Positions 48,600 to 60,805 of a DNA stretch of 64,000 nt are shown here, piece after piece (the stretch's first letter is position 1; each line of letters begins with the position of its first letter). Source of the DNA: Raillietiella orientalis (lineage: Eukaryota); contig JAYWIR010000011.1 of NCBI GenBank assembly GCA_036172245.1, forward strand, positions 868,001 through 932,000, read 5' to 3'. The position numbers and the translations under genes are program-made. The notes beneath the pieces are model-generated. The model had not been told where the DNA came from, ran no database searches, and worked only from the letters and a program-made list of their open reading frames with translations.

Positions 48600-51050
48600 T
48601 GTGATCTGAAGGAGCCAAGTTTCATCCCTTTGCCTGCTTTGCCTTGAAGGCCCTAAAATCAGAAATCATGGCGACAGAATTCCTTGGATGAGTTCAAGGT
48701 GAAAGAGCGCACTTTTGATGACGAACTGGGAAACCTTTCTAAGAGAGACTTTTGGAGTGCACTGGTGCCTCAAGGCAATCTGAAAAGCAGATCAGGAGAT
48801 GCATGCTTTTCCTTAAGGAGATCCTTGACCGGGAGTAATCCAGTTGGATTCGCTTGATCGTTTCTGGAACCAGTGCAGCTCCTGTCATTGCAAGACGCGA
48901 TCTCTTGAAGATGAACTGGTCCGCTCCATTGTTCGTAACGACTGAGATGCGTCCATCCGACCCTGCCTATCGAGTTTGCTGATCTTTGAAACTCCCGCTC
49001 TTCGAAAGAAGAATGGAGTAAGATCCAAGCATTGATTTTTGGAGATGATCTTTGAAGCACCACTTTTCTCCTCTATCCCCCCACACTTCCAAAAAGTAGT
49101 TGAATATACTGGCCACCAGATGACGGCGTGTCAGGTGTTGAGCTGATAGGAACGGATTTACGAAAATACGCAAAATCATAAATCAGACAGCTCTGCCACG
49201 TCTCTTTTCCTTGAGATGATATCATATTTAGTCTTCATGGGTGAATAGAGAGACTCTTTCTCTTCTGACCCTGCTCCTTGCTAAAGATTCATAGCGTCAT
49301 CTGGAGGATGTACCCAGTGGATGCCCCTACTGTGCTTGATACACGATACCACCATCGAGTTCTCATTGTATTCGCACACCGGCTTGGGATACCTAACTTT
49401 CGGATGACCCCATCGTTCCCAGGGTTCCACGATCTCACTGCACCTACGATAAACGCATGGGTTCGAGCCTTTTCTCGTAAACGGCAAGGCGATCTCCGCT
49501 CTAATCCGGGGGAATTTTCCTGTCATGTTTCCAGAGAGGAATCTTTCAAGGTCGTAATCCGAAGGTGATTGCAGTATCTTAAGTACCACCTCTAGGAGTG
49601 AGTGCTCAGCTTGACTGAGACATCGGAAGATGTTAGGAGCTTGAAGCAGCTAGCAATGATGAAGGCGTCCTCTTCATCTGACAGCTGTGTCAGCCCCAGG
49701 CATCCCTTCTTCCGATCCCCATAGAGATTCTGGTTAATAGCTCTTGCAGGTAGCCATCCTCCTGATCTACCTGTCCACGGACTTCCAATCGCCTTTTGGA
49801 TGCGTTCCTAGCATCTGAAAATGCACGGGACTGGGGCAAAAGAACGTTTCTATAGCAGCCAATTTGTGCCAGTCCAGATGTCTGGCGAATTTCGGCTTTG
49901 TTCACCACGTCCTCCTTCGGTGTTTCAAAGACGTCAATTCTAGACGGCTTTCCCAAGTACCCGTATGCATCAGATACTGAGATGTTTGGATTCCATCCGT
50001 TGCCAATCTCCAGACCGGTGTCCTTCAGTCAACGAGTAGCCTTCACGGACCGGCACATTTGGAGGGATTGACGGATAAGCCGGAATGAGACGCGAGATCT
50101 TCAAGGTGACGTCGCCTGAGCATGGGCGTCATCTTTCCTGATAAGACGACTGAGGGCTCCAGATCTCTCTGCGTTCCCTGCGCTTCTCGGACCTTCCTCT
50201 CGAGAAAGCCCGTGCGCACAGGTGAAAGCCATTTGCCCTTCAACCGTTCCTCCCGCCCGTTCTCTCGGGACGGATCGTAGCCTCCGACAAATAAATACTA
50301 ATGGAGAGCATCCATCTCCCTCCACACCTAGCAAGGCCTTTCGCAAGAGGAAAGCGACTTGCCATCCTTGAGAATCCCCCCTGAAACTCCAGGAGGACGA
50401 ATCGCTTCTTTTTTGGAAGTCTCTCCCAGGATATTTTTCATCCTCAGTTGCTTCCTGGCGTATTTCGGTAGTCAAAGAGCCACTTGGCCGCATTTCGATG
50501 CAGCAGAGCAGTTTATTGCGAATGCTTGAAGACGCGCGCGGAGCGCAGTCAGGAAAGGCTACCATCGTTCCACAGCTGCCAAGAATCTGGCAGCTGTGGA
50601 GCTGGCCGTGGAGATAATCAGACTGACATCTCCGGACGCAGGCCCCGAGGTGCTCACGGAAAGATGAAGAACCCGACGTCTTGCGGTGATCGGAGCTCCC
50701 TTTTGGCTCGCTCCTTTCGGGGAAACCCTCCGGAGAAAATCGGAGACCTCCCTCTTTCCGAGAAGGAATCAGGAGAGGTTTCCTTCGGGGTTCCTCCCAG
50801 GGAGAGATGTTCCCTCCCAGGAACAAGGAGGCGTTTTCGAACTCCGTCCTCAGAGCATCCCTGGCGCCATTAGGGTGGTGGCCCTTTCGGGGGTTCTCCG
50901 CGACTGAGCTGCACTCAACCCCTTTGAAGAGCCCCTGCGGCGGGGTCTCACAGCCTCTTCGGTGCGCCCGCGCGGGGGTGGACGGTTGTATTGCGAGGCG
51001 AAAGAGCGGAATCCGGAAGGAGAGCATCAGCAACCGGAGGAACCCCACCT
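48600..51050 (-). mobile_element. Most collinear decayed NeSL/Utopia-like RLE non-LTR retrotransposon (RT0 - RT7 - thumb - linker - RLE)
   Basis: Motifs occur in order on the minus strand: 'ETPPQG' (~TAPGPDG), 'FENASLFLGGNISPW...LLIPSRKEG' (RT1), 'SEPKG...EH' (RT2), 'GDSQG' (RT4), 'SGLSVNPSKCA' (RT6), 'DAYGYLGKP' (RT7), 'DLERFLSGNMTGKF' and 'SKEQGQK' (linker), 'SPDLL' (RLE PD), 'RAFKAKQAK'. There are many stops and frameshifts. Confidence 0.75.
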
Positions 51051-52114
51051 CCAGACGACCGATCCCTGGGGGCGACTTATGGCTCCTTCGCGGCTTGGAC
51101 TTCCGTCCAGGCCGTCGTTCCCGGCGTCGCCTGCTCGTGTTGGGCCTCGGCGACAGCATCGGGGCAGAAAAGCGTGGTGAAGCGAAAGAGGCCGAAGCGG
51201 AGGAGCTGCCTGCCGTTTTCGTCGCCAGAGGCGTGCCAGCTCGAATGAGCTCGGGCCCGGATTCCCGGCAGCTTTAGGAGACCTCGGACACGATGGGGGC
51301 TCCGTCCATGGGTAGGAAACATGAAGAAGAGGATGGTAGTGTGAGCGTGGGCCGTCCCAGCACTCCTGGGAGGACGTGCAACGAGCGAGCCAAAAAGGGA
51401 TGTAGTAGAATGGCATGGTGAGAGGGAATCGCGAATGGTCTCGTCCCAACGTTTCTTGAACGCGCCAAAACTGAGCAAATAACTAGAGAGCTAGTAAGAA
51501 TCCAAGCCTAGGGGCTCAGTGACCTATTCGAGGGTTGGACAGGTTTCAGCTGCACTGTGGCTCGGGAGGAAAAGTGGAAGCGCGGAGGAAGAACGCAAGT
51601 GGTGATCGTCGCCTGGGGAAAGATGAGCCGCTTCCTTCGAGATGCCCTCATCTCGAACATCTGTTGAGAGACTGGAGCGCTTGTGGGAGGTGGTGGAAAG
51701 TGGCTGCTCGACAGTGATGGCTGGAGGGGCGGGATGCGTTGCTCCTCGAGGTGATCCGATTTTGGTTCAGCGGGGCCTCCATAAGGACGGATTGCTATCC
51801 GTCCTAACGGAGACCTAATTTCCGCTGATGCTCCGAATGAGAAGGAAAAAAACAAAAAAACGGGCGGAGAACGGAAAACCGATTCAAGGGAGAACTCCTA
51901 AAGAGAAGTTCCCTCCACCAATCAGATCCGCTAACCGGACTGCGGGGCACTTGGCCGTAACGGCTGTTTACGTGGACAAGGAGATATACAAGCACAAAGA
52001 ATCCTCAGGCTCTTAGAGGAACGTTACCCAACCCAACTTGGCATCTTGTGTCCTTACTTTGCATAATAATAGATGCAAAAGGAAATTCGGTCCAGAAGGA
52101 AACAGGCACGGAGC

Positions 52115-52143
52115 GTGTATGTGTGTGTGTGTGTGTGTGTGTG
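52115..52143. repeat. (GT)n microsatellite
   Basis: Directly visible GT run. Confidence 0.95.
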
Positions 52144-54899
52144 GAGGGAAGGCTGTGCCGAGCAGGAGCTCGCAGCCAGGAGGGGCAGAGGAACCAGGTA
52201 GGATGCCAAAATTGTGCAGAAAGGATGAATCGGCCCCTCGAAGAGAGGAAACCCTCGGGAGCTGAAGAAGTAGTCGGAAAGACCTGTCCTTCTTCCGCGG
52301 TGCGACGAAGTACCAGAATACGTACGAGGAGGATCTTTTTCCATCTTACTGCCTCTTCCTACTTGGCAGTTCGCTCTCCCGGCCTTCCTACCGGGAGAGC
52401 TGGGCTGCAAGCAAGGATTTTTTCTTCCTCGTCCTCTCCCGGCTCGCATTTTTCTCTGGAAGATGAAGGCATCTGCAACAGGTGCGGGAGGAGAAGAGGA
52501 GGATGGTCGGCGAGGAGGGAAAAGAAGTCAATCTTTCCGTTCTGGCAACAACTTTTTTTTCTTCTTCGCTCCGTTGACGGCGTTCGGCGCGGAACGCGCG
52601 CGTGCCGCCGCGCCGCTGCGTCATTGGTGCTTCCCGTCTCTTTTCGCGCACCCTGAAACGAGGACTCCCGAGCACATGTGCAGCCCAGAGACTGACGCAT
52701 CCCTTCCGTGTGGGGTGTTCCAGTGATCCGCGGAATGAACACACGGATTATGATGGCCTTCCAATAAAAGTGTATCCTTTATTATAAGCTTTTTTCCATG
52801 CTAATCGCGTTAATCGACCCGGAATGGTTCATTAATTTATCTTAACGACTGCAGTTTATCATGGGATGCCATCGCGGCGAATTTCGATTGGCTATCGGAA
52901 GGAATACTGCCATCATTGCAAGGACGTGAGAACTTCATTGGATTCTCGAGTTTCACGCGAACAAAACAGCATCCAGGACCACTGGATTTACTGTGTTTCC
53001 GGAAAATCATTTCCTTTGTGAGCGCTTCCGGAATGCATGCCTCCACCCTCTCCTTCCACCCCACCCCTTCTTCTTCCCCCGAATCCCCCCTCCTTCCCGA
53101 GATGGAAATATCCACTGCTCCCATTAATAATTAATGCGCGTTCACGTGGTGACTGCTCCAGGATGCTCTCAATCCGTAAACCTGCCACGCTCGTCAGATG
53201 GAATTTCATCTCGACCGGTGCACCTCGTGGGGGTTTTCGAGAGTGAACTGCAGGAGCGGTCGGGCGGCCGAGGGTCTATCACGCCGGCGCCGCAACCATC
53301 GGAAATGGGCGGGAAGGAAGTCCTGCCGTTCCACGCTCCTCGGCCTCCGCTGGCAGCGGGCTCGCATCCCGGCTGCAACCCAGAAGAGTTGCACTCGACG
53401 GGCGATTTGAACGCAGCGCGTATCGAGAGTGGAAGGCCCTCCTTCCTGTCGGTTGTCTGCTTTTAGACGTCGAACGAAACTCCCCGAGCTCTCTCAACCG
53501 GAAGACCTCTACAACAAAGACGGACTGGAGGCGGAGGAACTTTTCCGATCGAGAAAGACAGGAAGCGGATTCTCTCCGACCACGAAGAGCACACATGGCA
53601 AGCCGCGGCAAAAATCCAAAATAGACGCTTTCGCGTTTCCTGGACGATGGTCCTTACGCTGGACTACGTAAGGGTTCCTCTAGCCTCCCTAACATCATCT
53701 CCGAAAACACCATCTGCTGTTTGCCCCTTTTTTACCTCTCGCCATGGAATGTCCCTGAACGCAATTGGGGAGCAAGATGCAGCATCGTAGGGAATTCCTC
53801 ATCCCATCTTCCTCTTCTCGTTGCGCTCTATGGTGTCAGAAGGGCGAAGAACCAGCGGTTCCACCATGACAAAAAACAAGCGAACAAACGAACCGTTCAT
53901 CCCTAATGGAACTTGAAGATCCAACTGGGCACATCCGCCACGCCGCAGTATCAAAAGAAGGAAAGCGACCGCACTTGAGGCTCGCAGGATAAATCGAGCA
54001 AGGCAAAATCAATTTGTGAGTTTCAGACTGCTCCGTAAGTTTATGCGCAAATCTGATGCCGCATCCATCCAACAGGTCTGCCTCTTTCGCGGTGGCTGGA
54101 GAACGATGCTGACTGAGAGTAGCCTGGCCAAACGACTGCAACACACTAAGTTGTCCTTGTTGTGCTAAAAGAGTTTTTCATTCGGTCACCCTGCGACGCT
54201 CATCCAAGAGAAGTACACAAACAGCTAGGGAACGGCGTTCCCTAGCTGCTTATTACACGAGAAAAAGACGGATTCCAAGGACAGGGCCCGCCGACATGTA
54301 GGTCGGCGGCTCCCAGAGTCCGGAACGCGTGGGAGGGGACAGAAAAACAATCAAGGGCAAGGTGGGAACAGGGCTCAGCCGTTCCTTCCTTGAAGAACCG
54401 GCGCAGGACGACGGTCATCGCCGCCTCGACTCCTTGTTTCCGGTAAGGCAACCGTCCTCATCACGAATGCGGCTGCCGTAGCGGCTCGAGCACGTGGAGG
54501 GCGCCCGGCGATAGTGCGCGTACAGCATCCCGTCGCGGTCACGGCGCCTGCGCAAACGATCGGCCCGCGGCCAGTTCTTGCGCACCGTTCGCGGAGAGCT
54601 GCTCAGTGCAAATGGGAACGATTCCATCGTCCCGCAACCCCGGGAACAAATCGGCGATGCCAGTCGTGCGGAAACGAGTAGCCAAAGCTGATTGTACGGG
54701 AACAGCAGCGCGCCCCGTTTGGACGCCGAAGCGTCCAAAGAAGGGACCACTCTTTCCTCGGGAACGACGCCGAAAAGGTTTCCCTCCTACCGAGGAGGAA
54801 GCCCCCCGGCCGGACGATGGGTCGCTTGCCAGCCCGTGCGCCTTGCGGCCGGCGAGGAGTTTGGTGTCTCCTGCATGGGTGCGCGAGATTCTCCCACCG

Positions 54900-55610
54900 T
54901 CCGCCGGTGGGCCGGTGCTACTGTCGTCATTGACCCTTCGCGAAGGCAGCGCCGCGGTCAGGGTTGCGGCGGCCAGGTGCAACCACCTCGCCTTGTCCTG
55001 TAGGGCATCTCCGACCGGGTTGCGTTCACAGAAGACGGGGTGTGGCAAGGGGAGTCGGCGGTTGACAAGGCGGCGGCGCCGAAGAAATTCGCCTCACGCG
55101 CGGCACGAGCGTGTCGGACGTGGGTGGACGTCGTCGTCCGTGAGGACTCTTTGCCTGTTCGACGGGAAGGACCGCAGTTTGGCCGCCTCGGGGTTGCTTG
55201 GAGAGGCGCGGGTGCAGGCGTCGGTACCTTCACCTACAGCGCTGGAAGTCTTCCGCAATAGCGCTGGAAGAAACAAGGAAAAAGTTTTGCCTTCTCCAGC
55301 GCCGTTGTCCTCCGAATCAGTGAAGACTTTCATCGCAGTTTGGCTGGGACCTTGGGATCGGACGAGCTGAGAAGCACTGGGAGAACTGAGGGGATCCCGA
55401 GGAGGAGAGCGATGCTCACGGGGAAGGGAACGGTGCGTGGAAATGCCCCGTATTCCCAGGCTGGCTGGCGGGAAGCGCCGCATGTCCGTCGAGGACTGCG
55501 TCCTCGTCGTGAAGACGAATTGGAGGAAGCTGCTCGACCCTGCCGCGAGGCTGGCGACAGTCTCCTGTCTTCGCCTGCTCACATCTCCCTATTTAGCGGA
55601 AGCGTAGGCA
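54900..55610 (+). mobile_element. Decayed CCHC + RLE C-terminus + 3' UTR of a NeSL/Utopia-like element
   Basis: 'AARCNHL' (~ARLNxLP), 'GCGKGSRRL' (~CxxCGxxxETL), 'ARHERV' (~RHxxV), 'RKKFCLL' (~KxxKYxxL) and 'VWLGPWD' occur in order. The 3' part is an inverted paralog of 275-682. Confidence 0.65.
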
Positions 55611-55699
55611 CGGAATGGGAACAACATCCATGGAGTGTGTCGCCAACTCTGAACATCGCAGATGAGATCAGGCCTTTCGACATTTTTAGGCGTTAAACG

Positions 55700-57300
55700 A
55701 TGTTTGTTTCGGTTGCCGAACGTGTTGTCGGTGTTGAAAGTGAAAAATCTGAGTTGTACACAATTGGCTGCACTCTCCTCGGGGCTTGAAGCAACAGCTT
55801 TCGCAATAGGCAGTCAAATGGGAAGGTAAAGTTTTTCAACCTGATACGCAGTGATACTTGCGGACGCGAATTCACTTGACATTCTGTAATGGCTAGAGGA
55901 TCGTTGATGTGGAATCATCTTCCAATTTCAGGATAGACTCCTGGGGCATTAGAAGCAATGGGAACGCTAGAGTTACCTTTGGAAACTAGAGGCTCATCGT
56001 TTGCAGCCTGCCATTTCCATTTAAGCATGAGCCAGAGTTATTTATCTGGTTTCGTATTGTATGTAAGGGGTTGCTTATGAGAGTTGAGAGTTCCCGTCTG
56101 ATGAGAGTGAGAGTTATTAGATGAGAGTTCTTGAAAGTTGCCAAAATACTCTTCGCAGGGTTCGTGTGGAAGAAAGATCTTCTGTACCGATCGTAGCTTC
56201 GCTCACTACTCAGGAACATCTTCGGAAGCTAAAAAGAAATTGATAAATGATGATGTTCGGATTGTCATCCAATGACATTAGAGCTCTCATGGCGATTCAC
56301 TAAGTTAGAGAGGTGAAACCAAACTGTGACACTGAGAAATGATTTCATTTCTCTCACATTACTTAGCAGCCTCCGGCATTAATGTATCAGCTTCTCATTT
56401 GTAGACAAGCTGACTGCTTCCTGGAGTGAAATTGGGAACGTTCCAAAGACGTTCCTTCATATCTGGATCTGTGGTTCCATCTGAGGCTCTGGAGGCATGC
56501 CTAGCATAGCGTCCTTTGAACTCTTCATTTCTATCTACCAAAGCAATATTCAGCCATCCTCATACAAACCCACGGTGTCATTTCCCGCTGTGACACTCTT
56601 CAGCGTCGAACGAAGAGCCGCTTCTTGTTCAAACCCTTCATTGCGGTGGTTCCAGTGCAAACTGCAGGCGGTGTCACTCGAACAGCACTTCCTGGGAAAA
56701 CACTGTGTCATTCTTCCCCTGATCAGTTTGCCATCTTCGAATTTGGCGATCGTTTGGGAACGCAGTCAGAGAGCCAAAGACGTCGGACGTGAGTGCGCAC
56801 CCGCAAAACCTTTCCTCTTTCGACACTCCAGAAGTGACTAGCAAGTTATTTCCGTTCTTTCAACAGCCGCGTTGCATCCCTTGGCATGCCTTCCAGGTTC
56901 CCGGGGCATCCATGATTCTCGTGACTTCAAACTCAGCACTGCCTTACGTCGTTTCCACCACCAACCAAAACAGAGGTACTCTATTCTTTTGTTTGTTTCC
57001 ATCTATCTTATCCTATTCATCTTTGGAAGAGTTTCATCGTATCGTCTTGCCCAATCGTTGATCCACCTGGCAAGCGTTCTTTTTTACATCTGTATCCATG
57101 GTCAGCCAGTTCCTCTGTCAAACATTCGAGCTTCATTCCTCAATCCCGTACCAAGACGTAGGTGCTGCTTCCTGTTCCACACTTCGTTTAAGATGCACCG
57201 TTTCACTCGGCTCGAAAAGTGGCAACCACTTGGATCTGTTCTGGTTTCAAGGAAGCCATCAATTTCCTTTCCGCTGTCCGTCAAGTGTTCTGAACCTCGG
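55700..57300 (-). mobile_element. AT-richer decayed non-LTR element, possibly R4 clade (RT4-5, linker, CCHC)
   Basis: The minus strand reads 'VGLYEDG*IL' (~LYMDDLKL), 'SNPLH' (~KPLHG) and 'HCVSG*KTL' (~HIxSGCxxL) in order. Confidence 0.45.
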
Positions 57301-60169
57301 TCCCCTGGAGGCAGTGTGGTGCACCGAGACTGATCTTCATCAGCGTTACTTTCAAAATTCCACCGAATCTCTCTTTCTCTGCCGATGGGCCGCTTTCTTA
57401 GGATGGAGGTCGGAAAGGCAAAGAGCAGATCAGCAGTCTTTTCTGCCTCTGAAGGAATGCAGCCAGAACAGGATTTTCCCCTTCCCCAGTGTCACCGGCC
57501 AACTCTCGCTCTTCGCCTCCCACTCGAATGAGCCACCGGAAAGGGACGCGACTCTCTAGCCTTCTTCCTTTCTCAATGAAGCTTCTATCTTTAACCCCTC
57601 TGCCTAATCAAGTTGTGCTGGAGGACATGATTTCAGGCCACGACGTGCCTCCTCCATTTTCAAAGGAAGACCTCAGCATCCCCTGAGGCGTGGCCAGAGT
57701 GAAAAGTTCCCCCCGCCTAGCGGTTTCGGAGAGCGACCTCGGTAATAGGAGACGACCTTCGACCACTTCAGGGAGCTCGGAGTTCGGCGGGGATTTCGCG
57801 GGCGTCCCGAGGCCGCTGCCTACCGGCATTCGGAGCGAGCTACACCTCCGGAGTCCGCACCCTACGAAAGTGAGCGAAGCGAGGATCAGAGGGAAAGCGG
57901 AAGTGATAAGGATTTCGAGCCACTTGCCTTACTGGAAACGCTCTCGATTCTCCGCTCTTGTGGTCAGGAGGCACCCTCGGCGTTTCCAAAGCCCCCTCTC
58001 GCGATATGTGGAAGCTGGATCCGAACGTCCAGAGTCTCCAGAGAGCCAAGGGCGGCAAGTGGAAAAAGGGAAAGACAAAGATGAGAACATCTGATTCCAT
58101 GAAAATCCTCTCATTCCGAATTTCCCGGACCGCTTATTTAAATGAAATCGATAAAATTTTGTGCAGCTGGAGAAGGACCGACGTGTGCCGGTCTGGAACC
58201 AAAGGGACTCCTCTCTCTGGGGACGAAACTAGGGAGGAGTGGAGAAAAGAGGAGGTCAATAAATAAGTGAATAAATGGGATGGACCGGCTCCGCCGTGCT
58301 GGACGCGATTCTCGAGGGGCTGCGTTCAGATGGGGAAGGGACGGAGGTGTGCATCCATCCGTATCAGGGAATTCTTGCCTCACGGTCGTCTGAGGGTTCC
58401 CCCCCGTCCCCCTTATCTCAGATTAAGCCGCTCCGACCGTTTCGGAGCCCCCCTTCCACCCGAAGGGGGGTCGGCGACAGCCAGTAAGCATCTCCGGGAG
58501 ACCACGCCCCCTTCCTCCTTCTTCACGGCCTCCTCCTCTGCCCGCCAGAGTGGCCTAGCTGCGAAACCGGACGCAAAAGGGCACGCGCGTCACATGCCAG
58601 GGGCGATTCGCGCTGGCATTTTTCAAGGGCCCAAAACCTGCGGTTTGAAGGGCGCATTTTCCTGATCGAGACTCTCCCGAGATCCGCTGCTAAGCATCTG
58701 GAGCAGAGGAGGGGGGGGGGGAGAAATCCTTTCCGGGTCTCCCTCGAGCACGAATCCAGCCGGTCGCTGCTCACCCCAGGAAGTTCACCCAGGGGAGGGG
58801 AGGCACACAGACGGAACGAATCCTACCCCACGAATGTCCATAAGAAAACACCTCGAGGCGCGCAGCTGCTTTGGACGCTTCTGACGCTCCTGCTGAAGAA
58901 GATTCAGCATCATCCATCGAAGATCGCAGTTTCTCGGGGGGAAGGGAGGGAAGAGTTCATTCGGGGAGGAATCGAGTATTCCAGGAGAGCGAAGATTCAG
59001 CATCCGAATCAATCGCGGATTTCTCCTTCAGTAAGAGGCTCCTTCGGAGCTCTTCACAGGATTCGGGAGCACACCACATAACCATGCGAAGGACGCACGA
59101 CGACGTCCTGGGGAGCCACAACATCATCTGGAGGAACACGAGAGTGTTTCCCGGAGGCGGCGGCGTAGGCGTGCGATGCTTCGGGAGTGCTCTTCGACGC
59201 CGCAGCTCACAAATAGCGTTGTTGGGCTCCGGTGCTCGCAAGGGAATCCTCTTCCGAGGAAGAGGTTGGCGCAGCTCGCTGGAAGCGTGGCGGAGGCGGC
59301 AGCCTCTCCAGAAGATTCCGTGCTCGACGCCCCGAGAGGGGTAGTGCAGACCGCAGGGGATCCGCCGGTTCCTCAAGGCCCTTCTAGCAGGCCACTTCTT
59401 CGCTCGCCTCTGCGGCCGAGGGGAGCCCTCCCGCGCGGCGAACGGAGAGTCGCCGCAAAGGGTGGACGACGGGTGGGACGGACGCACGCGCGGCGGTTCA
59501 GGAAGGGGACCGAGACTTGGGCGTCTGAGGCCGGCAGGGTGCGGCCGCGCCTGAGGCTGGAAACCGCTGGCCTTAGCAGCTTACCCTCCCCCTCCCTCCG
59601 TATTTCTCCTCCTCCATGCGTTGCCGAGCAGCTCCGCCGTCTCTGATGGGTCATCTGAGTGTTGGCAACGGGAGGAAGTTCGAACACCTCCAGGACCAGA
59701 AAAAACAAAGTTGGAAGACGTGAGAAGCAGCGTAAACGAGTCAAGATTCCATTATCGGAAAGGGACTTCCGAGAAGCTTCCTCAGCTCTGAAAGATCGAT
59801 TGGTCATGGTGGCTGCGATGGGCGTTTTCTCGCCCTCCCCGTGCCCAGAGCGGGAGCATCCGTCGTCTCAGGGCCCGTATTCCATCTTCTCCCAAGATGG
59901 ATTTCGCGAGCTTCGTATTTCTTCTATTTTTGGCTTCCAACAATGGATTTTCCCTTTGGAAAAGGTGTAGAGGATTTTCTAGAGGAAAAAAAAAAAAAAA
60001 AGCAGCTGATCGACCGCCACTCTGTGAAGGTTCCGACATCCTACAAACCTTCGTTTTATTTTGTGGAAGATGCCCTACTACCTGCACCGAAGTTACGGCA
60101 AACGTTTCTCGTGCTGTGCGGAAGCTTCCTTGCGTTGCTAAGGGATGTATTGGAATATTGGTAGCATTT

Positions 60170-60400
60170 CTGCTTTGTGTGCAAGGGGTTCAGAAGGCAT
60201 GAAAATCCTCTGTGGGAGAGAACAAAGGATTTATTTGTAAGGAATTCGTCCTGCACCTTTGGCTCTCCGACTTTGCGAAGACCCCGGGCCATTCAATTTC
60301 CGATTCGTTGTTCGAAAAAGGTTTTGCCCAAGCAGCCTGCGGAGTCAACCATCATGGAGAATCTGCAGCCAGATGGAGAAGAAATGATTTTATGGGCCTC
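60170..60400 (+). mobile_element. Decayed RT fragment (domains 2-3)
   Basis: 'GFRR' and 'LWLSDFAKTPGHS' resemble DFxKAFDS. Confidence 0.3.
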
Positions 60401-60728
60401 GTAGTTGAAGTAAAAAGAAAAAACTGCAAACAGAAATTGAATTCCACTGCTCAATGAAGTTCCGCTGAGTTTCAAACAGCAGTCCGAATTTGGTCAGATG
60501 TTTGAAAGGTCACCACCAGGAGACACCGAGCATTTCGCTCCTCATGCTCCATGGCTATACAGGATCCTGTGCGTGTACGTTATTCAGTTTAAAGTATACT
60601 AGTATATGCTTTCTGTATCACTGTACAGACAATCTTTGTCCTAGGAAAAAGAAATTCGAGCAACAGTCTTATTGTACATCTTTACATGCGTTGCTAGTAC
60701 ACAGCTCCGCAACTGCAAATGGAGGAAA

Positions 60729-60805
60729 GATTAGGTAGATTAGGTATAGACTAATGGATTAGGTTAGGTAGGATAGGTGGATAGATTAGTTTGGATGAGA
60801 TTAGG
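60729..60805 (+). repeat. Degenerate interstitial TTAGG-rich simple repeat
   Basis: gattaggtagattaggt...gattaggttaggtagg...gattagg, with five exact TTAGG units. Confidence 0.6.
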
